Below the pieces are notes generated by a model, which worked only from the letters and a program-made list of their open reading frames with translations, did not search any database and was not told the origin of the DNA. Below are positions 24,960 to 35,657 of a stretch of DNA of 45,621 nucleotides, piece by piece. Every line of letters starts with the position of its first letter. Positions within the stretch are counted from its first letter, which is position 1. The translations under genes were made by a program, and so were the position numbers. This DNA comes from Guillardia theta CCMP2712 (taxonomy: Eukaryota > Protista > Cryptophyta): NCBI RefSeq assembly GCF_000315625.1, contig NW_005434540.1, positions 133,313 to 178,933 on the forward strand, read 5' to 3'.

Positions 24960-27022
24960 GAACTACGATCATAATCATCCCTGTGCGAGTATCTCGCTTT
25001 CACGTTCTGCCTGACTTTCAGCAACGGTAAGCAGCATGTCACAACCTTCACCCGCGATTGACTGGCACAAGACGGCTGCTTGCAAAAGCCGCCCAGATGC
25101 CTGCAGGAATGTCAGTGCTAGGAGGAGGAGGAGCAGCGGGCGACTTGATGCAGGGACTTGCTTGCTGCTTGTGCGGCGACCGAGAGACGGGAAGAGAAGT
25201 TGAGCATACGATCATGATCCGCCTTGACGCATGTCAAACCGACGGCTGATAACAGCCTCCTCTACCTCGAGTGACTGGCATCGACTCTCCCAGGCAAACT
25301 CCGAGCCTTTCCGGTCCATCGCAGACACTGAAGCCCTGGATGTTGTCGTTTGCTCTCCCTCCTTCGGGGGTTGTGTCGGCAGGGAGGAGGGGTGGAGCAT
25401 GTCGTTGCAAGAAGAAGTTGCTGTTTCCTGTTAATGTGTATACCTTATCATGAGTTCAATTACAGCTGGAACTAAGAACTTGGATGGAGCCGCTCCGGGG
25501 CGATGAGCTGCTCCTGCGTCACAAGTAAGAAGGTCACTTGCATCGATTCTTGTTGCTTACTCTTTTCCTGCTAGCCTGATCGCTCGCAAAGCCTCAAGCT
25601 GCCGCAACTCTTGTTAGAGACTCTGGCAGTTTGGTATCAGAGTACGCACGCGAGCTTCTCGCTGATTCATGACTTCCTTCAATGACTGCAGTCAATGGGT
25701 GAGCAGAGAGCGGGACAGGGAGGGCGAGGAAGAAGGATTTCAAGAGCGGGACAGGGAGGCGAGGAAGAAAGATCTCAAGAGCGGGACAGGGAGGCGAGGA
25801 AGAAAGATTTCAAGAGCGGGACAGGGAGGGCGAGGAAGAAGGATTTCAAGTCTCCTAGCATCACCGCTTGAAGTCTTGTTAAAGAGGTGAGGCATCCAGA
25901 CAGACTGGCAGGTAATTTTTCCCAGCTTTGTGAAGATCGTAAGGAGTAAGAGAACAAGATTCAGAGTGAGCGAGAAGACAAGAGGGCTCACGTATCATGC
26001 AAGTGATTTCTTCTGTTCCTTGTGAATGCTTGAGCTGGCCTCTTGTCGTCCATGCAGGGAGGCATGTCAGCTTGTCCACCTACGTCTTCCATGATCGCTC
26101 GACCTGCGTCTCCGATGATCGTATGGTTGGTCATCTCGTCCTCAAGCATGCTTCTTTCCGGTCCCCTGCTACTTGGATCCTACGAGTTGACAAGTCAGGG
26201 CCTGCAGGAGATGCATCATGATCTTATGACGTTCTCATCATCTTCAGATAAGTCGCCCTTGAGTCTTTCACATAGCTGCGAGCAGTCTACATCAAGCTAC
26301 AAATTTCACGTTCTCTTTCTCACGTGTCCTCCAATACTGTCTGAGTCTATTGAGCTTGAGACGGGCTTCACGATCCATCCATCTGTCGAATGCTCACCTG
26401 CATTACCTCATGTCAGGTTTGAGTCTTGTTGATGTAAGAAATTTGACACAAACCAGCAGCTTCCTCCTCTTCTCCTTGCGCTGTTGGCTCAGGCGGTTGG
26501 TCGGGAAAGAGTCCAGACCCAGAGGAGTTTTCAGCTGAGTTCCACATGTCGCTTATGACCTGAGGAGTGATCTTTGCCAATACCTGACGCTGGATCAGGA
26601 AAGAGTGGCCGGTAAGATCGACAAACCTTGACAACCTTCTTGTGGGGCCACTTGTGTTGGAACGCGTGATTGATAACAGCACAAACAACAGCTCGTTTGG
26701 GGAGAGGCAGCTTGACGCATCGCTGCATTATCGCGTCACTTCCTTCCTCTTCAATGGACGGGGAGGAGAAGAGAACAGTCTCGTCAAGGCATTTGGCATA
26801 GAGATCTTCGGTCCCGGCTTGCTCTTCTGTTGCTGCCTCTCTTGCTAGGGTGCTTCCTTCCAGGTCTGAGTCGTCGAAGGGGTTGTAGTGGGAGGAGGCC
26901 TCGTGAAAGAGAGTCTTAGCTGTGATGGGCGAGAGGCTGCTAGGAGAGGAGGACGGGGAGAGGTTGGGGGTCTGATCAGCCGCCATGCCGTCGCTCGCTC
27001 CCTTGGACCCCAATTCTCGCAT
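24960..27022 (-). CDS. Hypothetical multi-exon protein
   Basis: ORF starting MRELGSKG at 27022 plus several GT/AG-bounded minus-strand exons. No domain recognised. Confidence 0.45.
25706..25850. repeat. ~34-36 bp imperfect tandem repeat (agagcgggacagggaggcgaggaagaaagatttca), about 4 copies
   Basis: Seen directly. Confidence 0.85.
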
Positions 27023-27676
27023 TCAATCGTTTTTTAAAAAATCGAAATGAAAATCGTTTAGGTTATCAGTTTAGGATCGCGCAGTTTAGATCTAAACCAA
27101 GCGTACTGATAGATGACTTGTTCTGTTCTTCCTCTCATCAGCGGGTAAACAGTAATGTATTTCGTATACCTGTGAGCATCTCATTCTAGTTGTATTCTTT
27201 TCATTCACATCGATGGGCTTGTCATGGTGCCGTACAGCAGTTCAGACGCGCTTGAACTCCACCAGGTACTCAGGGTATGTCTGTCGGCTTTCGTACGCTA
27301 CAACCTTCTTGTACTTGACCAGGCCACCTCGAACTTGCCAGCAAAGAGTGAAAGGGAGATCTTTTCAAAAGAGTACTGGGAATTCTTTTCAATAAAGCTC
27401 TCTTGATGAACGCCTCCTTGCCCTCATAAAATCACAAGGCCAATTGCAGCTCTCACCGAACAGAGTCGTTGCTGTTTACCTCTGCACAGGAAGGGACGAT
27501 CGAGACCAGTCAAATCAAAGCAAAACGTGTGGAGATTGGCATAGCTCCTCTTCACAATCTACTTTCCTTCACAATCTACTTCTTCACAATCTACTTTCCT
27601 TCTCGTTCGGTCTTTTTTCTTGTTTTCGTATCTCTTTTGATATTCTTAAAGCAATGTCTAGCCGTCAATCTAGCCT

Positions 27677-30483
27677 TCATATCATTCTCAAACTCTCCAG
27701 TTGACTTTTCGTCTCGGTCACTGACTGCAAATTTAATGGAGACCAGACGCTTTTCCCGCTTTTGGAGAACGAGAGAAAGATTCCATCTCCCATTCCCTCC
27801 TCTTCCTCCCCCCCCTCCTCGCGTTCATCAGGATCAGCCTGTGTGTATAAAAGATCACATAAGAGATCACATAAGAGATCACATATGAGATCACATATGA
27901 GATCACATAAGAGAGATCACATATGAGATCACATAAGAGAGATCACATATGAGATCACATAAGAGATCACATATGAGATCACATAAGAGATCACATATGA
28001 GATCACATAAGAGATCACATATGAGATCACATAAGAGAGATCACATAAGGGATCACATAAGAGATCACATAAGAGATCACATATGAGATCACATAAGAGA
28101 TCACATATGAGATCACATAAGAGAGATCACATAAGGGATCACATAAGAGATCACATAAGAGATCACATATGAGATCACATAAGAGAGATCACATAAGGGA
28201 TCACATAAGGGATCACATAAGAGAGATCACATAAGAGAGATCACATATGAGATCACATAAGAGATCACATAAGAGAGATCACATATGAGATCATATATGA
28301 GATCACATAAGAGATCATATACGCCTGGTCGAAGGCAGCGGCATACCTTGAGGAAGATGTATCCCCTCCCAACCGTTTCTATTCGCATCTTCTTCAGGTG
28401 CTCTTCCCATTCTAATCTGAAGTCAATGTCAAAATTTTAATCTTCACTCGCGTAGCCTTTGCCCATTCCTTTCCTGTTTCTCCTCCTCCTCCTCCTCCTC
28501 CTCCTCCTCCTCCTTCTCCGTCGCATTTTGATTCATGTTACTCTTGCTTCTTTCTCTTTCTCTTTGTACTTTGCTAGTTTTGCCTTCTCACCTTTCAACT
28601 TTGTTTCCAGCTCGGGCTTCGCTGTATGTCGCAGGCTAGTGAAATCTTCAACAGGTTGCTTAGCTCAATCCTTCTCTTCTCACCGTGTACATATTCTCCT
28701 CCTTGTCTACGTGTACTAAGCACCTCCATCTTCGTCTTCCACGGCTTTCGCTAAGGGGAGACGATTCGATCAGCCACCTGCTCGTCTGTGAGTGGAGGTC
28801 AACCGCACTCGCCCATCACCTTTTCATCCTCTCTGGAAGGAGGTGAGCACAAAAGATCTCCGTTACAATCGCTACTCTCCCTCCAGCAGCCAGGTGGCGG
28901 CTTGCCCCGGTAATGATCCTTTTGAGCACTGCTTCTCCATCTTCTCCTCCTGCAACAAGAATCAACCGAATCTGTTTCACTCTCGTGTTCTCATTCCGAC
29001 CGTCTGCAAAGACGTTATATCGCTTGACCCGCTTTTTAAGATCAAAAGGAACAGGAACGAAGGGAGGATTCGACAAGATGACGTTAAACCTTCTCTGCGA
29101 CATCACAACCTCACTTTCAGAGCCTGCATCACGACTGGTGAGAACGGACGAATCTTTTCCTCACATCAGTCACATCACATTTTCTTTTGAGCATCTACAC
29201 TTACCCATCTCATGTCCCATCTTCTCGTGAAAGTCATAGAGATCACCCTGCAAGACCTTCACCCGTGACGCAACTCCGTTGATCATCGCATTGAACCTCG
29301 CAAACCGAACGGCCCGTTCATTAATGTCAACACACGTCACCTGCTTGCCGTACAGTTTCGCTGCTGCAATCCCTTGGATCCCACTCCCGCAACACAGATC
29401 GAGCACTGCCTCCTCTTCCCTGCGAGGAGCATGATGAACTAGACCGAGGGAGTCGGGCCCGATGTACATGACTGGCTCTTCTTCCAGCGCGGCAGAGCAT
29501 GGAGGCATGAGATCTGTCACCATCAGCAGTCCCATGCTCTCATCTGAGCTCTCTCCTCGTAGCAGAGCAGAGGGGTCGACAGGAAAAATCTGTACATGAG
29601 GTACTAACAGTCCTGGGATAGCGGGAGAGGGGCCGACGAGCGACAACCTCGTCATGGCGGAGAGAACTTGATCGCCAAGAAGCTCTTGCACCTGCTCCAC
29701 TGGAAGAGAGAGGCCAAGGAGGAGCATGCGGATGATGACGTCTAGCTCGTCTCGCGGCGATGTCTGCATGCCAAGCAGATGTGCATGTCGATGGTCGAAC
29801 CTCCGCCGCAAGTAAAAAGGCCCCGCTGTTTTTGCTCCAGCAAGCCCGAATCTCTGTTGTACGTTTGCTGCTGTGTACCCGATGCTTGCCAAGAGGTCTC
29901 GCAGGACTATAGCGTCTCTTACTGATTTGTTCTCTTCCTTCTCGTCGACTTTCGATGAGAAATCTCGAAGAGCATCGTTGATCCCCGTTGAAGTCACAAA
30001 CTTCCCGTCCCACTGCGCCCAATCCGGTCTCAGTGACATGGCTATGCTGAAGTGCAGGAGCGCTTTTTGGCGATAGCTTGGATCCCTCTGTGTGAGCAAG
30101 GAGGAGATTCTAGCTGCATGAAAGTGACTCGCCGCGTCTCTAGGATCGGTTTTCAAAATGTCGGCAATCTGATTCAATGCTTCTTCATACCTTCCCTCAT
30201 CTTCCATCGACAGAGCCTTCACGATTCCTCCATCATCTTCTAGGCTTCTTTCAGGAGGCTCACGGAGATTTGCGATAATGAGGTTACGCGTCCTTCTTCT
30301 GGTCCTGTCATCCCGACCTAGGAAGCATCTCGCGGGCAAGAAGCAAGATCTTTGAGAACAAGAAAGAGTTGAAGTGGAAGACAGATGCTTATGCAAAGAT
30401 GGAGAGAAGGAAAATATGGGAGATGTCATCGTCATCGTCATTATCATCGTCATCCTTCTTATCCGCGTCACAGTGCTTCGCAT
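27677..30483 (-). CDS. Class I SAM-dependent methyltransferase (MTS/HemK-like, NPPF motif) with an N-terminal TPR-like segment and possible bipartite targeting peptide
   Basis: VMYIGPDS, VLDLCCGSGIQG...DINERAVRFARFNA...GDLY, FNVILSNPPFVPVP, LEWEEHLKKMRIETVGRGYIFLK, last exon ...VWSPLN...*. Confidence 0.85.
27851..28320. repeat. Intronic minisatellite of 12/14-bp units (GATCACATAAGA, GATCACATATGA, GATCACATAAGAGA, GATCACATAAGG)
   Basis: Seen directly. It lies between a minus-strand donor (~28346) and acceptor (~27840) of the methyltransferase gene. Confidence 0.95.
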
Positions 30484-30498
30484 TTTGCATGAAATCAA

Positions 30499-30552
30499 TG
30501 GTTTAGGGTTTCTAGGTTTTAGGGTTTCTAGTTTAGTTAGGGTTTAGGGTTT
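30499..30552 (+). repeat. Degenerate interstitial telomeric TTTAGGG tract
   Basis: gggtttagggtttctaggttttagggtttctagtttagttagggtttagggttt. Confidence 0.8.
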
Positions 30553-30562
30553 CTGGCGCCAG

Positions 30563-30793
30563 TTGTGGTAGTAGTAGTCGATTTTATTAGAATGCTAGAT
30601 AAGTCGTATCGGGTACCTTCCCGGCCTATTCTAGTCTAAAGGGTTCTCACGCTTGGCAGAGCGGCCCTTCTTGGATCGCCATTTTTGGCATCCAGGATTC
30701 GATCGCTGTTTCGTTGTTTCCAGGCTTGGCGGTTTCCGTGTAACCGTCTACCTGTCCATTTGTTGCGCTAAGTCCTTGTCCCTTCCCTTCCTG
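30563..30793 (-). mobile_element. 5'-truncated non-LTR retroposon 3' end, related to the telomeric element, flanked by a 9-bp direct repeat (TGGCGCCAG)
   Basis: The reverse complement contains CTTTAGACTAG and TCTAGCATTCTAATAAA, both also in the element 3' end at 44179-44245, followed by a (CTA)n-like tail. TGGCGCCAG occurs at 30554-30562 and 30794-30802. Confidence 0.7.
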
Positions 30794-30798
30794 TGGCG

Positions 30799-31530
30799 CC
30801 AGGTATTCCAGGCAGCGACGGGTATCATAAGTTCCAGGCAGCGACGGGTATCATGTTCCAGGCAGCGACGGGTATCATAAGTTCCAGGCAGCGACGGGTA
30901 TCATAAGTTCCAGGCAGCGACGGGTATCATAAGTTCCAGGCAGCGACGGGTATCATAAGTTCCAGGCAGCGACGGGTATCATATTCCAGGCAGCGACGGG
31001 TATCATAAGTTCCAGGCAGCGACGGGTATCATATTCCAGGCAGCGACGGGTATTCCAGGCACCAGCTGAGCCAGGCACCATCGCCGGGTATTCCAGGCAC
31101 CAGCCAGGCACCAGCGCCGGGTATTCCAGGCACCAGCGCCGGGTATTCCAGGCACCAGCGCCGGTATCCAAGTTCCAGGCACCAGCGCCGGGTATTCCCG
31201 GCACCATGGCTGCACGCGCGGTGTAGGCCCCCGGAAGCCGCCAGGGCGCGAAGGAAGCTGCGAGCAAGAGGTTCGTATAGTACAAACAGCTTTCTAAGCC
31301 TGAATGGTTCGCAACATGCTGTATCGGAGATCATGCCAATACACGCTTAAGGGCGAGCTTGTGGATGCCTCTGTCTTCGCGAAGCGTTCTGGCAGGGAAG
31401 AGAGGACTTCGCGATGCTCACATGTACAGCTGTGAACTTGCGACCATCGATCGTGACGAAACCTTTCTGGCCCAGCGACCAGCATGCCTGCCAGCGGCTG
31501 GAGTTGTACCGCTGCCAGGGACTGGCGGTA
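30799..31530 (+). mobile_element. Degenerate, rearranged copy of the telomeric element (26-bp and 22-bp 5' repeats, leader, deleted and inverted ORF fragments)
   Basis: ccaggcagcgacgggtatcataagtt repeats, then caccatggctgcacgc...ggagatcatgccaatacacgc matching 41610-41766. 31407-31530 matches ORF pieces in reverse. Confidence 0.85.
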
Positions 31531-32084
31531 CGCCGGTACATGCCAGTGAGCATTTAGAACGCGTGACAAACTCGCCCGGCAGAAAAAAGCAAATTTTGTG
31601 AATTAGCTGTTTTCGATCGCACAAAAAACAATGAATATAGCTCTGATGATCCAGTTTTCACTATCTGAAGTTCGATTAAGTACCTATGATTCAATTCTAG
31701 TCCTTCATACAACCGTTTCACACTGCGCGACATGGCTGCAAGCACTTTCATGGCGATTTCCCAGATTTTGTCATCTTCAAGTTGTCTTATCTCAGCAATG
31801 GATGGGTCTCTTCTTGTGCGGTTTTCATCAACGGAACGTGCCCGTCCTCCTCTTTCGTATGCCACCATTTTCGCGCCCTCTCCGTTTCGGAAGATGCTGT
31901 ATGAGGGTCTTCAAATCAGGGCCCGAAAGGCCCTCAAGGGGCCCTGTGTCCCNNNNNNNNNNNNNNNNNNNNNNNNNNNNNNNNNNNNNNNNNNNNNNNN
32001 NNNNNNNNNNNNNNNNNNNNNNNNNNNNNNNNNNNNNNNNNNNNNNNNNNNNAGGGAGAGCGAGCGAGCGAGTGAGAGAAAAAC

Positions 32085-32245
32085 TGAGAGACAGAGACAG
32101 AGGCAGAGGCAGAGACAGAGACAGAGACAGAGACAGAGACAGAGACAGAGACAGAGACAGAGACAGAGACAGAGCAGAGACCGAGCAGAGCAGAGCAGAG
32201 ACAGAGACAGAGACAGAGACAGAGACAGAGACAGAGGCAGAGGCA
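32085..32245. repeat. (GAGACA)n hexamer microsatellite
   Basis: Seen directly, just after the N-gap at 31953-32052. Confidence 0.9.
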
Positions 32246-32377
32246 GCTTCGCCCGAATTACTGTCAGGCAGAGGCAGAGGCAGATGGGATTACAGGCAAC
32301 GTCCACGTCAAACAAGCCTTCTTGTCAAGCCTAAGTTTGCTCTTTGCCAGCAGGGGGGAAAGTGCGTCTTGGGTGCC

Positions 32378-34786
32378 ATGTCGCTCGTGTCGCCTCTTGG
32401 ATTCCTTTGGTTGAGCTCAATTATCATTTCGAGCTCAGAGGTAGGCATAATCCTCAGTGCTAGATAAAAGCTTTTTGAACTTGTGTTGTTACTGCAGGGA
32501 TTGTGTTGCCTTCAGTGGACTCGGTTCCATCGCGAGCAGAGTGCTGTTTGTCAGCGCTCTTGTCTTGGGATACGGGGAGGAAATGATGGCGGAGATGAGA
32601 AGAACGCTTCTGTTCAAGAGGGAGCTCCACACATGTTGAGTGTCTATGACATAGCCATTGACGCTGCAGATAAGAATTGCAAAAAATTAAGAAAACAATT
32701 CACAAATGCCGTCATGCAGGGGAGCTCCAACATTCTTGATCTCGAGATTCTGACAAAGCAGGACGAAGGGATCGAGGGGGTGCAATCAGAAATCGAGGGA
32801 GAACAACAAGAGAGGAAAATTGAAGAGATCGGAGATGTACAACAAGAGATCAAAGGTGTACAAAAAGAGATCAAAGGTGTACAAAAAGAGATCAAAGGTG
32901 TACAAAAAGAGATCAAAGGTGTACAAAAAGAGATCAAAGGTGTACAAAAAGAGATCAAAGGTGTGTTGACAAGGATGGACGATCAAAATGACCCAACGCT
33001 GAAGGAGGCAAGAAGCAGCTTGTAGAGGACAAGAAGCAGCTTGTAGAGGACAAGAAGCAGCTTGTAGAGGACAAGAAGCAGCTTGTAGCGTACCAGCAGC
33101 AGCTTGTAGCGTACCAGCAGCGGCTTTTAGACAGGGAGAAGCTGCTTTTGGACAAGGATAAGCAGGTTGAGAGGCTTATTCCACGTCCTGTGCAACTTAG
33201 AGACAGTGTGTCAAGACCTGAAGGTGAAACAGAATTGAATGTGGCTATCATGGGTACTAACAGGACTGATGCTAGTTGGCATGCTAAGTTTCTTGAAAGA
33301 TCTCTGGACTACCGCATGCGCAGGAAAGGTTTTATTGGCTAATGAATACGTCAGCTTCTCCGCATGCTTAGGAGGCCACAAGACACTTGGAAACAAGCTC
33401 TTCATACGAGAGTGCTACTTGGAGATGAGGCGGGTGATTGCAATGGAATTCGATTTGGACCCAGAGACTCTCAAGGACAAGGAGTCGACACAAACATGCG
33501 ATCCAATGATCCTCACAGGTACTCCAGGGATCGGGAAGTCCTGCTTTGCATACTTCTTACTTCTTCAGCTTCTCCGGCCTGGTGAGCAAGTAGTGTATCA
33601 GATAGGGCGTGATTATTGGTACTTCGATGGCGAAGCATGGGGCCTGATCGTAGATAAATCTGCAGCGCAACACTTTGTTCGAACGTTTAGGGGCTGGTAT
33701 ATCTGTGACCTGTACAGAGACGAGGGGAAGTATGTGAGATCACAATCCGCGAAAAGCATCATAATTTCTTCACCGAAGCTTGGAAAGTTTAAGGACATTT
33801 TGAATCATGGATCGCAGCGATATTTCTTGCCGTTGTGGTCAGACGAGGAGATGTCACTCTTCATCGATATGCACAGGAATCGTATTAACGTCAGTGAAGC
33901 AGAGAAGATCATAGAGGATTGGGGCAATGTGCCTAGAAACATCGTCGTGAAACCTTTAGAGACACTTCAGCAGGCTATTGCGGGATTAGATTCAGTGTCA
34001 TCTCTCAAGAGGAAGATGGATGCAGCAGTGAATGAAGACCTGAGGATGCCGTCGAAGCTGATTCACATTTCCCCCAGCACTGACTACAGATCGTTTACCG
34101 CTCGAATATGCTCGACGAAGGCCGCGACGATGATATTTCAGGCCCTTGTGAAAAGCGACTGGGATCATGTTGTCGACTTTGCTTTTTCGAGTCCTAATTC
34201 TGGCTATGAGTCAGCAGCAGGTGTAGCTTTTGAACACGTTGCGCATGAGGTGCTGAAGGGAGGAGGAATATACAATCTGCGAAGGCTGGAGAAGGATAAG
34301 GGCGGGCGATGGAAACGGGTCGAAAAGCTGAGCTTGAATAGATCGCAACCGTACATTGAATTTGCGTCATCAATCAGAGACTTGGAGGAGTGGGTGATCA
34401 TGCCGAATGCATACTGTAAGCCAAAGGCGTTAAACCTCGCTTGCATGGATGCGCTGTCATTGTCTGCTAGCGGGGTTCTCTACATGTTCCAGATAACACG
34501 GGCGGGGAAACATCCTATCAAAGTGGATTCATTACTCAGCATCTTGAAAGCTCTGCGAGCCAAGAACAAGTTTGAGAGGGTAAACTTTGTGTTCGTGGTA
34601 CCTTCAGGGCATGAGGAAATGCCCTGCTGGGGACGAGATCAAGGCTTCGCATCTCAGGGAGTGAAGGCAAGCCAGGAGCAGGAGAGTGAAATGAGGGGAG
34701 TCATTCAGTATATCATGATGCTTTCGAAGGAGGATGCGATGCGGAGGCCAAAGGGATGGATAAATTTCGCTCCGCAACATACGTAG
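32378..34786 (+). pseudogene. Crinkler/RHS-like protein (coiled coil, P-loop NTPase, PD-(D/E)xK REase-like C-terminus) with an apparent 1-nt frameshift near 33009
   Basis: LFIRECY, ILTGTPGIGKSCF, IIISSP, YFLPLWSDEE, WGNVPR, GVAFEHVAH, YCKP...ACMDAL...FQIT...HPIK...FVFVVP. Upstream are EIKGVQK and EDKKQLV heptads. An intron with a TACTAAC branch point precedes 33264. Confidence 0.75.
32846..33120 (+). repeat. Two coding 21-bp repeat arrays (EIKGVQK about 6 copies; EDKKQLV/AYQQQLV)
   Basis: gagatcaaaggtgtacaaaaa and gaggacaagaagcagcttgta units. Confidence 0.9.
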
Positions 34787-34849
34787 TCAATCGCAAGAGC
34801 AGCGCCAAGGGAGCAGTTGGAATCTGGGAGGACGCGACAGAAGCAGAGA

Positions 34850-35098
34850 ACTTTAGAATCGTCAGAATTCAAGATTGTGCTTCCAAGACTTTAGAATCGT
34901 CAGAATTCAAGATTGTGCTTCCAAGACTTTAGAATCGTCAGAATTCAAGATTGTGCTTCCAAGACTTTAGAATCGTCAGAATTCAAGATTGTGCTTCCAA
35001 GACTTTAGAATCGTCAGAATTCAAGATTGTGCTTCCAAGACTTTAGAATCGTCAGAATTCAAGATTGTGCTTCCAAGACTTTAGAATCGTCAGAATTC
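34850..35098. repeat. Perfect 38-bp tandem repeat, about 6.5 copies
   Basis: Unit actttagaatcgtcagaattcaagattgtgcttccaag, with no spacers. Confidence 0.95.
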
Positions 35099-35657
35099 CT
35101 GTTTTGCAATTATAGGCGATCTTTGCGTTGGAGATGAGGACATTCGTCACGATGCTGTAGAAGCTTGCTCGAATAGATAAACGACACACATGGCCATCAT
35201 GACTCTATCTCCTACGATTCAACTGAACCTGTCGCCTTCCGCAGTGAGATGACTAGACGCTATCCAATAGACTCTTCCACTGACAAACCGTGCTGGCAAT
35301 TCGCAGATGGAAGTTTGTTTTGCGATGATGGTGTTTGATGGTGTTGTATACACAACCTTGCGTAAGACGTTGAGCTCAGATGATCTTAGGATCTCTGTTT
35401 ATAAAGCACACACAGTCATCAGATCAGCAGCATCAGAGCAGCTGTCTGGCATCGTCATCCTATTTCCCTACGCTACGCCCAAGGGGGTCCGGTATGAGTC
35501 CAGAATACAACATCGCTCCCACTGCGAGACGACAAGAAGGTCCTCCTGTCGTTGACTTCGCTCAGCAGAATCTTGAGTTAAGGATCTGCAGAGGAAGAGG
35601 AAGAAGAGCGGCGGGAAGGTGACGCTTGAGCTAGTAAAGAAGATTCAAATTGTTGAA

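Noticed and set aside
34850-35098. CRISPR-like array (38-bp repeats)
   Set aside because: Units are contiguous with no unique spacers, there are no cas genes, and the context is eukaryotic.
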